64,000 nucleotides of DNA, taken from assembly GCA_963717145.1 (NCBI GenBank), contig OY970325.1, forward strand, positions 3,264,001 through 3,328,000, in the 5' to 3' direction. The notes under the pieces were generated by a model. That model had not been told where the DNA came from and did no database searches. It was given only the letters and a program-made list of their open reading frames with translations. Source of the DNA: an uncultured Armatimonadetes bacterium. Its GTDB lineage: Bacteria > Armatimonadota > UBA5829 > DTJY01. This document shows positions 44,047 to 54,396 of this stretch, one piece after another (within the stretch, counting starts at the first letter, position 1; each line of letters starts with the position of its first letter). The translations under genes were made by a program, and so were the position numbers.

Positions 44047-44121
44047 TGGAGCCCACGATGGGAATCGGACCCATGACCTCCTCTTTACCAAAGAGGTGCG
44101 CTACCTCTGCGCTACGTGGGC
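44047..44121 (-). tRNA. tRNA-Thr (GGT)
   Basis: GCCCACG acceptor stem, anticodon loop TTGGTAA, encoded CCA. Confidence 0.93.
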
Positions 44122-44286
44122 ACGCTTCGTGCCTGAAGCGACTAACGAACCGTGGGAGCCGTTGAAGCCTCCCGGAGGCCGTGAAGGCCTCCCCTACGGA
44201 TGACATGGTTAATGGAATGGCGAATGGTCGATGAAAGCTCGGGCCATCCATGGACCATCGGCCATAAACCATCAACCATTTGTTAA

Positions 44287-44372
<86 letters not shown>

Positions 44373-44419
44373 ATATCAAATTCGAACTTCGAATCTCGAA
44401 ACTCGAAATTCGAAGTCTA

Positions 44420-44495
44420 TGGAGCCGACGATGGGACTCGAACCCGCAACCTGAGGTTTACAAAACCCCTGCTCTGCCAATTGAGCTACGTCGGC
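44420..44495 (-). tRNA. tRNA-Thr (TGT)
   Basis: GCCGACG acceptor stem, TTTGTAA loop, GGTTCGAGTCC, CCA. Confidence 0.96.
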
Positions 44496-44496
44496 A

Positions 44497-45132
44497 TCAA
44501 TCTCCTATGTGCTGGCCTATCTTACGCTTTGCACGCTGAAGAGCGTTGTCCACCGATTTCGTATGGCACGCAAGTGACCCGGCCATCTCCTGATACGACA
44601 TCCCCTTCAGGTAGCACTTGAGGACCTCGGCCTCCAGGCGGCTGAGTTCATCATCCATGCCGCTCAGGAGGTACTTCCTGACCTGCTCGTCCAGGAGCGC
44701 TCTTTCGGGATCGGCCACGCCGTCGTCCGGTATGACGTCGATCAGAGCGCCTTCGGGCTCGCCATCGACAACGGATCCATGGAGCGAGATGTACCGGTTC
44801 AACGGGACGTGTTTCTGCCTGGTCGCTGTCTTCACGGCGGTGATTATCTGCCGAGTTACGCATAGTTCCGCAAACGCGCGGAAATGCGACAACCGATCCA
44901 TGCGGAAATCCCGAATCGCCTTGTAGAGGCCTATCATGCCCTCTTGGATCACATCCTCGCGATCCGCCCCTGCAAGGAAGTACGATCTGGCTTTCCCCTC
45001 GACCAGGCCCTTATACTTGCTCAGAAGGTGTTCCGTTGCCTCGTCGCTTCCGTGCTTTGCGCGCCGGACGATCTCCTCGTCCGCCATGCCTCGGAAGCCG
45101 CCGAGCACACCGTAGTCGGACATCCTATCCAT
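44497..45132 (-). CDS. sigH: SigH-like RNA polymerase sigma factor
   Basis: KARSYFLAGADREDVIQEGMIGLYKAIRDF, FRAFAELCVTRQIITAVKTATRQKH, KSVDNALQR. Confidence 0.93.
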   Translation of the reverse strand: MDRMSDYGVLGGFRGMADEEIVRRAKHGSDEATEHLLSKYKGLVEGKARSYFLAGADREDVIQEGMIGLYKAIRDFRMDRLSHFRAFAELCVTRQIITAVKTATRQKHVPLNRYISLHGSVVDGEPEGALIDVIPDDGVADPERALLDEQVRKYLLSGMDDELSRLEAEVLKCYLKGMSYQEMAGSLACHTKSVDNALQRAKRKIGQHIGD

Positions 45133-45260
45133 CAACACCACGCTCCCTGACCGGAGTCTAGTAAGCCTCCTGTGGGACCTATGCTCCCAACCGCATACGA
45201 AACCAGTATTCACTTTTATGAGTGTCCGGCCAAACCACCGCCGAACACTCACGTTCGTAC

Positions 45261-45289
45261 ATTATAGGGGCGAGTGTGCGGGTTGTCAA
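45261..45289 (-). promoter_or_regulatory. Consensus sigma70 promoter for sigH-tRNA-tuf
   Basis: TTGACA-17bp-TATAAT, a perfect match. Confidence 0.85.
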
Positions 45290-45323
45290 TACCCTTAGGA
45301 ATCTTTTCGGATCCGCAGGCCTC

Positions 45324-45440
45324 GACCGACCCTCACCCCCGCAGACCGTAGGGGCGATCCTTCAACGGTCGCCCGTCGCCTGAATTCGCGGGCGACCGTT
45401 GAAGGATCGCCCCTACGGTCTGCGGGGGTGAGGGTCGGTC
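45324..45440. repeat. Perfect ~52-bp inverted repeat containing GTAG-type REPs
   Basis: GACCGACCCTCACCCCCGCAGACCGTAGGGGCGATCCTTCAACGGTCGCCCG and reverse complement. Confidence 0.9.
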
Positions 45441-45455
45441 CAGATTGAGGGACTG

Positions 45456-46781
45456 TCACATTTCGGCGGGCTTGGGGACGGCGACTATCCGGCTCTCCGG
45501 CGCATAGTAGTCCTGAGATACGAGATCCCGCGAGACCTCCTGGCCGTACTCCTTGATGACCCGGTAGACGCTTACTCTGTGACCGGAGCGTCCGCCCTGC
45601 TTCACTGCTCGTCCTCCAGGATCGAGACCGGCGTCGACCTGCGTCACAGTGCGGGCGCCGATGATGCTGTGGCCCTGCGTGACGATCTCGACTTCTCGGC
45701 CCTCCTGTTTGCCGCCGAACATGGTGACGTTGACGGTGCTTTTCCCGACGGACGCGGAGATGTAGATCGGCATGTCGGTATCATTCTTGAACTTGAGGTC
45801 AATAGTAGGCGCGACGGTCGCATCCCGTCCAACCGGGGCGTACACCACAGGGCGGGAATGATGCGATCTCTTCACGATCTGCAGGTTGGCGAGCAGGGCG
45901 GCATTGTAGACGGTGGTGGAAACCTGGCAGACGCCGCCACCTGTGCCGGACTCTATGCGGCCCTCGACAAACATCTTGGCATCCCGGAACCCGTATTTCT
46001 TGTCGCGCGGGCCGACGACCTTGTTGTAGCTGAACACCTCGCCGGGTTTCAACAGCGTGCCGTCCAAGGCACGGCAGGCCACGACGAGGTTGTGGCTTCG
46101 GTCGCGCTCCCAGGAGTTGTATGAGGTCGAGTAGGAACCGATGACGCCGTCGATCCCTTCGAAATCGGATGCTCTGAGCTTGGGAGCGGCGGTTTCGACA
46201 ACCAGGTCGATCTCCTTCTCCCCGGAGTTCACCGACCGTAAGATGCGGGCCAGGCTCCGGGCGGTATCGACACGAACGCCCGGTTTCTCGGGCTCGACAG
46301 CGATGATGTCACCGGAGAGGACCGGCCTGGCGTCAACGGGCTCGCGATCGATCGTTTCGGCCGTCTTCCGAAGGAACTCGGATGCCGTTTCCCTGTCGAA
46401 TCGATACACCATCGGGAGTTCCGCAGGACGCCGTCTGGCTCTCAGTACCTCGGCCAGGCGGTGCAGGATGCTCCCCTGCCTGCCGACATGATAGGCAGCC
46501 TCGGCGCTCGCATAGACGTCGGGCGTCGCCCCGATGTCGGCAAGAGTTGCAGCCCGGGAGTCGCCGGCATATCGTAGCACCACATTCTGCGTGGGGAAGT
46601 CGGAAGTCCTGAGCGACAGGAGCTGCGTGGCCTGGTGGATGGTCATGTTGCTGAGATCAGCGCCGCCGACGTGGACGCCCGGGTGGACTCTGTCGCCCGC
46701 GAGCAAGGCAAAAGCCGTGCCCGCGAAGACGGCGACGATGGAAACCCCGATGATGACTGCGATCTTGAACCTGCGCGACAA
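45456..46781 (-). CDS. VanW-family protein with peptidoglycan-binding and G5 domains
   Basis: LKPGEVFSYNKVVGPR, GGGVCQVSTTVYNAAL, YAPVGRDATV, DLKFKN. Confidence 0.92.
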   Translation of the reverse strand: MSRRFKIAVIIGVSIVAVFAGTAFALLAGDRVHPGVHVGGADLSNMTIHQATQLLSLRTSDFPTQNVVLRYAGDSRAATLADIGATPDVYASAEAAYHVGRQGSILHRLAEVLRARRRPAELPMVYRFDRETASEFLRKTAETIDREPVDARPVLSGDIIAVEPEKPGVRVDTARSLARILRSVNSGEKEIDLVVETAAPKLRASDFEGIDGVIGSYSTSYNSWERDRSHNLVVACRALDGTLLKPGEVFSYNKVVGPRDKKYGFRDAKMFVEGRIESGTGGGVCQVSTTVYNAALLANLQIVKRSHHSRPVVYAPVGRDATVAPTIDLKFKNDTDMPIYISASVGKSTVNVTMFGGKQEGREVEIVTQGHSIIGARTVTQVDAGLDPGGRAVKQGGRSGHRVSVYRVIKEYGQEVSRDLVSQDYYAPESRIVAVPKPAEM

Positions 46782-46821
46782 TTCCGTACCTGCTTAAGCC
46801 AAACAAAAGACCCTCCGCCGT

Positions 46822-46927
46822 CTCAGACCCACCCAACCCGCGTTCGGGCAGGAGTTGTACTCCTGCCTGTCCCACCTGGCGGGCAGGAGTACAACTCCTG
46901 CCCGAACGCGGGTTGGGTGGGTCTGAG
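46822..46927. repeat. Long inverted repeat containing GGAGT-nnn-ACTCC palindromes
   Basis: CTCAGACCCACCCAACCCGCGTTCGGGCAGGAGTTGTACTCCTGCC and reverse complement. Confidence 0.88.
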
Positions 46928-47006
46928 GACGGTGAAAGGCCTTGAACCTTCTACTGTCTAATATAGCACGATTTGCGGGCGTGGACAAGCGCGGGATTGC
47001 GCGGTC

Positions 47007-47357
47007 CTATGGGGCGACGTGTTTGCCGCCAATCGAGCAAAGCGGATCCTGATTGACGGCGGCTATGGTATACACGCCGCCTGCCGGACACGCGGGCATG
47101 TCCTTCAGGTAGGTCGGGTACAGGTCGTCCCACTGAGCAACTGCGGTGATGGGCTGCTTGCTATCCATCGCCCACGACTCTTTGGCGTACTTGATCTGCC
47201 TTAGCTGCGCGCTGCACGTCTTTGCCTGCGACCTGTCTCGAGCGCCGATCCAGGCAGGTACTGCGAGCCCGACCAGCACGGCCATGATCAGAATCGTGAT
47301 CATGATCTCGACGAGCGTGAACCCTTTGTTGCCGCTCAGATGAAGTTTTCTTGCCAT
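47007..47357 (-). CDS. Type IV pilin/pseudopilin (ComGC-like)
   Basis: KGFTLVEIMITILIMAVLVGLAVP; PACPAGGVY...PLCS. Confidence 0.88.
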   Translation of the reverse strand: MARKLHLSGNKGFTLVEIMITILIMAVLVGLAVPAWIGARDRSQAKTCSAQLRQIKYAKESWAMDSKQPITAVAQWDDLYPTYLKDMPACPAGGVYTIAAVNQDPLCSIGGKHVAP

Positions 47358-47399
47358 CACTATAGCCCCGGAGGTAAGCGGGGAGCATACCCCTATGTG

Positions 47400-47498
47400 A
47401 AAAAGCCTCCCGATGCTCCCGGCCGATGGCCTGAACGCGCGGTTCGGGAGGACTCTCTGGAACTTGCAGGGCCGGAATCCCTTGCAGGATTCCGGCCC
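47400..47498 (-). terminator. Hairpins and terminator between the two pilin genes
   Basis: GGGCCGGAATCC..GGATTCCGGCCC hairpin, then CCTCCCGA...TCGGGAGG followed by CTTTTT on the minus strand. Confidence 0.5.
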
Positions 47499-47518
47499 CA
47501 AATCCGAGTCAGGCCACT

Positions 47519-47902
47519 TTACAGAACGTGGTCGTCGCTTGTCGTACCGGCGTCGTTTGCGCCGATATCACAGGTCGGGTCGGTGCCTACCACATCCTCG
47601 GTATACGTTCCGCCCGACGGACAGACAGGCGTTGCCTTGATGTAGTTACTGGCTCCCACCAGGTCGGCCAAGCCGTTGGGAATGGCGGCCCCTGCGGCGG
47701 CCTTGTTGTCCATCGCCCACTGTTCCTTCGCGGCATCGATCTGCTTCAGGTTCGATACGCATGCCTTAGCGCGGGACGTCTCCCTTGCCTTGATGAAGTT
47801 CGGCACTGCGATCGCGAGCAGGATGCCGATGATCAGGACGACGATCATGATCTCGATGAGGGTGAAACCCTTCTCACTGCGTCTCTCTCTGATTGCCTTC
47901 AC
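47519..47902 (-). CDS. Type IV pilin/pseudopilin (ComGC-like), probable major subunit
   Basis: KGFTLIEIMIVVLIIGILLAIAVPNF; PVCPSGGTY...PTC; AGGAGGT RBS before GTG. Confidence 0.9.
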   Translation of the reverse strand: MKAIRERRSEKGFTLIEIMIVVLIIGILLAIAVPNFIKARETSRAKACVSNLKQIDAAKEQWAMDNKAAAGAAIPNGLADLVGASNYIKATPVCPSGGTYTEDVVGTDPTCDIGANDAGTTSDDHVL

Positions 47903-48236
47903 TAATACACCTCCTGAGAACTTGTGCTGACGCTGCAGCAATTGGGAAACCCGGCGTCCGCTCAATCCTTTGACTGGACACCGCGTGAAGCTCTCTATCC
48001 ACAAGTAATATGGCTATATGGCTTCATGGGGATTCTTCCATACCCCCGCGAGGCCTTTCACACGGTTTTTTCGTGGGGCCTCCGCTACCGGTGGAATTGC
48101 TTCAGGAGGATTATCGGCGGGCAGGGGGGAGGACATTAGACCTTGGACTTTGGACCTTCAACCTTAGCTCATCGGTTGCCCCGCCTTCAGGCCAAGGTCT
48201 GAAGTCTGGAGTCTAAGGTCTGGAGTCTAGCGTCTC

Positions 48237-50174
48237 CTACGGCCAGAAGGCATACGTCTGCGTGTGGAGAACAATGCCGACGATCGTCCACAGGCTGCCC
48301 ATCACGCATTCACCGAGGATCAGGCCGAGGAAGAGAGGCACAGCCGTGCGGTAGGTCCTCAATCCGCCGTATCGCAGAAGCATCAGCTTGATGAACCATG
48401 CGATCAACATACATATCCAGAGCTGGTGCATGGACCAGGTACTCGAGACGGCAAACCCGACGGGATGGAATGGGAACCAGAAGAACCGCATCCTGAGCGC
48501 GTTGAGCAGAATCGTGAACACAAAGCCTACGATGATCGCGTAGGTGATGTTCGTGCTCGGAATCTGCACGCCTTTCAGCCAGCCATCCAGCCTGTTGAAC
48601 GGCTCTCCGCCGAAGATCATCGGAACGGTCGGCGGCGCAACCTTCGAGACCGCGCCGACCTGATAGCAGATGTGAAGCTGGGACCAGAAGCTGGCGATCG
48701 TGCCCGCGACGACCGCAATCATGATGGCGATGAACAGCTTGCGGTAGCTCATCGAGGCGCGCTCGGCCATCTTGTAGCCCTCGAGTTGGAACGGCATCGG
48801 GTGCGCTCGATAGGCACGGTTGAACCAGAACATCATCGAGAGGACGACGAGGTTCTGCGGGCTGAGGTGAGCTGGTCCGATCACCGACGCCAGGATGATA
48901 TCGGGTCCTGCGCCATGGAGGTCGTGAGCGGGCGGACCGAGTTCGGCGCGCATTCGGGTGATGGCGATCGACATGGCAAAGTATATGGCGAAGAATGCCA
49001 CTATCAGCCAGAGGGACATGCCCATGGCATACACGAATGCGACGAGCAGAAGGCCGCCGGCCATCGCACCGAATGCGGCGGTCCGATATCTGATCGGCTC
49101 GGTCTCATCGTCCATGTCGCCTGCGCCGGTGAACACGTGGCGCATAACCGCCGATAAATGCTTGCGGCTCGACCATATGGCGAAGAAGAATATCCCCATG
49201 TACGCGCCAAAAGACTGCTCGCTGACATACGGGAAGCGGGGAATCTCGTTCCATCCCCTGGCGGCGGCGATCACGAGTTCGGCCTTCCAGAAGAGGTAGA
49301 AGAACCATGACGAGAACGAGAGGTCGAGCGGCAGAAGCGTCCCCAGCCCGATCGCGAAGGGGTAGAAGGAGATCGGGCAATATCCGATGGCATTCCAGGG
49401 AGCTGTCGTGATGTAATTGCTCAGGTTGATCTCTTTGATCATGAGCCCCGGAACGGACGGATAGAGCACGTGCAGTCCCTGGATCAGATCGATTGCGACC
49501 GCTGTTCCAATTCCCATCCAGAGCAGCCGGTTACGGAAGAAGCTCGTCTTTTCGGCCGACATATCGAGCGGGAGTTGAACCAGCGGGTACGTCAGCTTCT
49601 CGCGCTCCGTCCACTGCTTCCTCAGCAGCACGGTCAGGCAGAGCATCACCCAGAGCAGGACGATGATGAACAACGTCCACATCATGACCGGCATCGCCCA
49701 TACCATGAGGGTGTGCCGAGTGTAGAGCGTGCTCGCGCCCTGGTAGAAGCCCTTTATCGCCTCAGGATCGCTGACCGAGAGCCATTTCGGGATGTAGCCG
49801 AGGAAGAGGGCCGCCCACTTGTTCTCCGGAGTGGCGAACCTGAAGGGGTGCGGGATCTCAGGGACGAGCACCTGGATCATGTCGTGACCCGCGAGCGCGG
49901 ACGACAGGTTGATCATGATGTATATGGTGAGCATCTCGCCCTGAGAGAGGACGTACCTCGGAGCGATCCGCCGAATACCGGTGTTGGCGACGACAAGCAG
50001 GAGCAGGATGAAGACGGCGTTGTAGAAGAGAGAGATCGTCGTGGGGTGGCCGGCATAGCGCACGATCTCGGTGAGGAAAATCCAGTAGTTGTTGAATGGG
50101 ATGAGGATCAGGGCGATAAGAATTGCCCTGAGTGTCACGCCTGAAACGTTCTTTTCGGGTAGCTGCTTGTTCAT
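48237..50174 (-). CDS. DUF6785/DUF6784-type polytopic membrane protein
   Basis: LRKQWTEREKLTYPLVQLP, WFPFHPVGF, LLRYGG..Y..AVPLFLGLILGE; many TM helices. Confidence 0.8.
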   Translation of the reverse strand: MNKQLPEKNVSGVTLRAILIALILIPFNNYWIFLTEIVRYAGHPTTISLFYNAVFILLLLVVANTGIRRIAPRYVLSQGEMLTIYIMINLSSALAGHDMIQVLVPEIPHPFRFATPENKWAALFLGYIPKWLSVSDPEAIKGFYQGASTLYTRHTLMVWAMPVMMWTLFIIVLLWVMLCLTVLLRKQWTEREKLTYPLVQLPLDMSAEKTSFFRNRLLWMGIGTAVAIDLIQGLHVLYPSVPGLMIKEINLSNYITTAPWNAIGYCPISFYPFAIGLGTLLPLDLSFSSWFFYLFWKAELVIAAARGWNEIPRFPYVSEQSFGAYMGIFFFAIWSSRKHLSAVMRHVFTGAGDMDDETEPIRYRTAAFGAMAGGLLLVAFVYAMGMSLWLIVAFFAIYFAMSIAITRMRAELGPPAHDLHGAGPDIILASVIGPAHLSPQNLVVLSMMFWFNRAYRAHPMPFQLEGYKMAERASMSYRKLFIAIMIAVVAGTIASFWSQLHICYQVGAVSKVAPPTVPMIFGGEPFNRLDGWLKGVQIPSTNITYAIIVGFVFTILLNALRMRFFWFPFHPVGFAVSSTWSMHQLWICMLIAWFIKLMLLRYGGLRTYRTAVPLFLGLILGECVMGSLWTIVGIVLHTQTYAFWP

Positions 50175-50379
50175 TGAGAAATTCGAAATACGAGATTGGG
50201 CGAAAGAACACGAAAGCAAAGAAAGAAGCGGAAGCACGGGATGTTGGAGAGGGAGTTGGACTCCATCCCCCAGGCCAGTGGCAGAGGGGATGGAGTCCAA
50301 CTCCATCCCCAACACTCCCTCCCCAACATCCCGGTCTGTGTTTCCGTGCCCTTCTGTGTTTCTGTGCTCTCTCCGCTTC

Positions 50380-51723
50380 TTACGTTCCGCTGATGGTCAT
50401 TTCTGCGATCTTGAAGGTAGGGCTCACTATGGAGGACATGAACTTCGCGTCATTCGCCACCTGCTCGACGTTCAGCATCATGTCGAGCATGTTGCCGGCG
50501 ATGGTGACTTCGTGTACGGGGAACGCCAGTTCGCCGTCCTTGATCCACATGCCCGACGCCCCGACCGAGAAGTCGCCGGTGACGACGCTGACGCCATGGC
50601 CGATCGTTTCGGTGACATAGAACCCATTCGATATCCCCCGGATGATCTCCTCCGGCGAGACGTCCGCCTGCTGCAGGTAGAAGTTCGTGGGCCCGACGGA
50701 CGGCGTTCCGGAGTATCCGCGCCGGGAGTTGCCACTCGGGACTGCGCCGTACTTGCGGGCGGTCCGGGAATCATAGAAGTACATCTTGAGGACGCCGCCA
50801 TCCACAACTGTCTTGCAGCGGGTGAGCAGGCCCTCGCCATCGAACGGCATCGAGCCGACACCCGAGGGCATGAGCGGATCGTCTATCAGCGTGACCAGCG
50901 GCGATGCTATCCGCTTGTCCAGCTTCTTCTTGAGGAATGACATGCCCCTGTGCGCGCCGTCACCGTCGAGCGCCGAGAAGACCGATCCCCAGAGCAGCGG
51001 GGCGGCGGTCCAGTCGAAGACCACGGGCGCCTTCTGCGTCTCGATCTTGCGCGCGCCGAGCTTCCCGACTGCTCGCCTCGCGGCCTCCCGACCGACGTAT
51101 TCAGGCGTTTCGAGTTGGCTGAGGAACCGCTTGCCGGAGCCGTAGGAGCCGATCTCTTTGCCGCCATCCTGTTCCGCCAGCGGCGCACAGCCGATGCCGC
51201 ACCGAGTGCTCTCCCTCGAGTAGAGGATGCCGTTCGAATTGGCGATCACGGACGTGCCGGAGTCGTTGCCGAAGCTGGCGCCATAGCTGTTCGTGATGCG
51301 GCTATCATACGCGAATGCCGCGCTCTCAGTCTCGCGAGCCATCTCGATCTTACGGTCGGTCGGCATACCGGCGATCGACGGATCGAATAGGTCGAGCTTA
51401 GGCGCGACTCCGCGACCGGCTTCGGGCAGGCCGTTGAACCGATCGCGGCCGGCGGACCGGGCGAGTTGGACCGTGGTCTTCACCAGGTCCTCAATGACAC
51501 GGCCATCGAAATCGGTCGTGCTGGCGAAGGCCATCCGCTTGTCGACGAAGACACGGAGCCCGAGTCCCTTCGACGCCGACTGGGTGAGGGTTTCGACCTC
51601 CCCCATTCGGACGTTGACGTCGAATTCGTCGCCGGTCTGGAGGTAGACCTCAGCTTCGTCCGCGCCGGACCGCATCGCGGCCTTTACCACATCTTGTGCG
51701 AGTTGCCGATAATCCATCATCAT
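50380..51723 (-). CDS. pmbA: TldE/PmbA family protein
   Basis: GADEAEVY, PFDGEG, VTGDFSVGASG, VHEVTIAGN; no HExxH. Confidence 0.9.
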   Translation of the reverse strand: MMMDYRQLAQDVVKAAMRSGADEAEVYLQTGDEFDVNVRMGEVETLTQSASKGLGLRVFVDKRMAFASTTDFDGRVIEDLVKTTVQLARSAGRDRFNGLPEAGRGVAPKLDLFDPSIAGMPTDRKIEMARETESAAFAYDSRITNSYGASFGNDSGTSVIANSNGILYSRESTRCGIGCAPLAEQDGGKEIGSYGSGKRFLSQLETPEYVGREAARRAVGKLGARKIETQKAPVVFDWTAAPLLWGSVFSALDGDGAHRGMSFLKKKLDKRIASPLVTLIDDPLMPSGVGSMPFDGEGLLTRCKTVVDGGVLKMYFYDSRTARKYGAVPSGNSRRGYSGTPSVGPTNFYLQQADVSPEEIIRGISNGFYVTETIGHGVSVVTGDFSVGASGMWIKDGELAFPVHEVTIAGNMLDMMLNVEQVANDAKFMSSIVSPTFKIAEMTISGT

Positions 51724-51896
51724 ACCTCTAGAACACAGATGACACGGATGAGGCACAGATAGCACAGATAGAATGCCGGAGACTTGGAGTAACGGATGTT
51801 CGCTGGATGTATTTCCAGTTCTCCACTACTCCGGTACTCCATCACTCCCATTCCCAATCCTCTGTGTCATCCTCTGCCATCTGTGTGATCTGTGTT

Positions 51897-53346
51897 CTAC
51901 TCCGTAGCGGTTCCCCCGACGGTCATCTCGGAGACCTTGACGGTCGGCATGCCGACGGTCGTCGGGCGCCCTGGCCGCCTTTGCCGCATGTGCCGATCCC
52001 CGGGTCGAGCTTCAGGTCGGAGCCGACCATCACGACCTTCGTCAGGACGTCCGGCCCGTTGCCGATCAGGGTCGCGCCCCTGATCGGCGACGTGAGCTTG
52101 CCGTTCTCGATCAGATAGCCCTCGGTGATGCTGAAAGTAAAGTTGCCGTTCGTGATATCTACCTGACCGCCGCTGAAGTTCGCGGCGTAGACCCCCTGCT
52201 TGACCGACTTGACGATCTCCTCCGGGTCGGATTCACCGGCCTCCATGAAGAAGCACGTCATGCGCGGGATCGGGTAGTCGTGATAGCTCTGACGCCGGCC
52301 GTTGCCGGTGAGCGGAAGTCCGAGCAGCCCGCCGTTCAGACGGTCAGTCATGTACCCGCGAAGCACACCGTTCTCGATCAGCACCTTTCGCTGACCGGGA
52401 GTGCCCTCGTCGTCTATGTTGATGGTCCCCGAGCGCCGAGGATGGTGGCATCGTCCACCAGGGTGCAGATGTCGGTGGCGACCTTCTCCCCCAACCTGCC
52501 CGCGAAGATGCTCATGTTCTTTCGGATGAAATCAGCTTCGAGCCCGTGTCCGACCGCCTCGTGGAGCAGCACCCCACCCCATGCGTTCTTGATGACCACC
52601 GGCATCATCCCCGCGGGCGCCGGCACTGCATCGAGTTGAACGACCGCGATCCGAGCGGCTTCCCGACCGATCTCCTCCGGGGAGACCGCGTCGAAATACT
52701 CCATGCCGACCCGTCCGCCGCCTCCGTAGCTCCCACTGCGGCAAATGTCCTTCTCCGTCGCCAGGCATTGCATCCCCATGCGGATCATCGTCTGGCGGTC
52801 GGCGACCCAGAGTCCTTCGGAGTTGGCGACGACGATCTCCTTCGCCTCGTCCGAGAACGCGGCGTCGACCTGCTTGATGCGATGGTCATAGTCATAGGCA
52901 GCCTTGTTCGCGCGCTTAATGAGCGATATCTTCTGCTTGACCGGGCTTCCCGACGGGTCGATCTCGACGGTATAGAAGTTGGGGGCACTCTCAGGAGTGA
53001 TGCTGATCGGGCTCTCATGACCCGATCCGGCGGCGATGAAGGCGGCGGTCCGAGCGGACTCGAGGAGGCTCTCCCTGTCAAGGCGGTCGGAATAGGCATA
53101 TCCGGTCTTCTCGCCGGAGAGCACGCGGATCCCGACGCCCTGACTGACGCGCATCTCGGCGGACCGGATCTTGCGTTCCTCGAGGGGGATATTCGTACTC
53201 TTCGACCGTTGGATGTAGACCTCCGCGAAGTCGCCCCCGCGGCTCAAGGCGGCGGAGAGGAGCTTCTCGATCTCTTCCTTTGGCAGCAGAGCGGAGACTT
53301 CGAGTTCGGGTGCGATTCTGCTCGGCGAACCGGCTGTCAGTTCCAT
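51897..53346 (-). CDS. tldD: TldD metalloprotease; frameshifts at ~52430-52390 and ~51965
   Basis: [39 protein letters not shown]. Confidence 0.92.
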
Positions 53347-53446
53347 GTGGCATCCCTATTCGCAAAGGTAATGGACAACGGGTGAATGTTAGCAGAACGC
53401 CTCAACCTTCGTCAAGCTCAGGCCCTGGCGCGGGTGCATTTCCGCA

Positions 53447-53590
53447 GAGTGGGTCAGCCTCGCGTTATGCCACCAGAGTGGCTACTCGAGGAGAACGGTT
53501 GGGTGGTCTGCCAGGCTTCCCAAGCCCCAACCGTCTAGTCTCGAGTAGGTTTCTCTGGAAACCATAACGAGAGACGGTCGCCACCCACTC
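53447..53590. other. Structured repeat / candidate ncRNA, copy 1
   Basis: Four-way fold with hairpins GCCAC-CAGA-GTGGC and GGTTTC-TCTG-GAAACC; homologous to 55624..55746. Confidence 0.7.
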
Positions 53591-54254
53591 AACTCGAATG
53601 CACCCCCCTGGCGCCGTCCTCAACGACGAAGATGCCGGTGTCGGCCATCAGATTGGGGAGGAAACTGACGACGTGGCATTGGCCCTCACCGGTCGTGCGC
53701 AGGGGGATCTCCTTGAGGATTCGGAGGTCGGCTACCCGGCAGAAATCGCGAAAATCGGCCAGTGTCGCCAGGTGGATGTTCGGCGTGTCGTACCATTCGT
53801 ACGGAAGCCTGGGACTCTTCGGCATGCGGCCCATGATCCCAAGCTGAAATCTTATCCGGAGGTAGCCGAAGTTCGGGAAGCTGATGATGCACTTCTTGCC
53901 GACCCGCGCCATCTCCTTGATGAGGAACAGGGGCCGCTGGAGAACCTGGATCGTGTTCGTCAGGATCACGTAATCGACGGACTGGTCTCCGTAATCCGCC
54001 AGTCCCTCGTTGAGGTTTCCGTGGTGGACGTTGAAGAGCCCCTTCGCAACGCACGACTGGATGCATTCTTCGGACAACTCGATCCCCTCGGCGCGGACGT
54101 TCTTGAGCGCCTTGAGAGCCTTTAGCAGGTCGCCCTCGCCACATCCGAGGTCCATCACCCGGCTGCCCTCGTCGATCAGGTCGATGATGACCTTGTGCTC
54201 GGGTGCCAGGTGCAGGACGGAGCCGTCTTCGTTCATTGTGGTTTCTTCGGCCAT
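53589..54254 (-). CDS. metW: Methionine biosynthesis protein MetW
   Basis: VMDLGCGEG, ISFPNFGY, LPYEWYDTPNIH; adjacent to metX. Confidence 0.93.
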   Translation of the reverse strand: MAEETTMNEDGSVLHLAPEHKVIIDLIDEGSRVMDLGCGEGDLLKALKALKNVRAEGIELSEECIQSCVAKGLFNVHHGNLNEGLADYGDQSVDYVILTNTIQVLQRPLFLIKEMARVGKKCIISFPNFGYLRIRFQLGIMGRMPKSPRLPYEWYDTPNIHLATLADFRDFCRVADLRILKEIPLRTTGEGQCHVVSFLPNLMADTGIFVVEDGARGVHSS

Positions 54255-54276
54255 ACTAACCCTTAGGTAAGTCCCC

Positions 54277-54379
54277 ACCGTCAGTCCTGAGTGCGCCTCT
54301 GGGCGTGTAACGAAGGACGGCCTTACTGCACCGAGCCGTCCTTCGTTACACGCCCAGAGGCGCACTCAGGACTGACGGT
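54277..54379. repeat. Perfect 45-bp inverted repeat between metX and metW
   Basis: ACCGTCAGTCCTGAGTGCGCCTCTGGGCGTGTAACGAAGGACGGC and reverse complement. Confidence 0.9.
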
Positions 54380-54396
54380 TGCGCAGAATGACAGAG

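Noticed and set aside
47007-47902. Diversity-generating retroelement acting on the pilins
   Set aside because: No reverse transcriptase, and the two genes do not differ in an adenine-specific template/variable pattern
53447-53590. Hairpin ribozyme or SAM/cobalamin riboswitch
   Set aside because: CCAGAGAAAC occurs in only one copy and the partner loop strands are missing; SAM-I and B12-box motifs are not present in order
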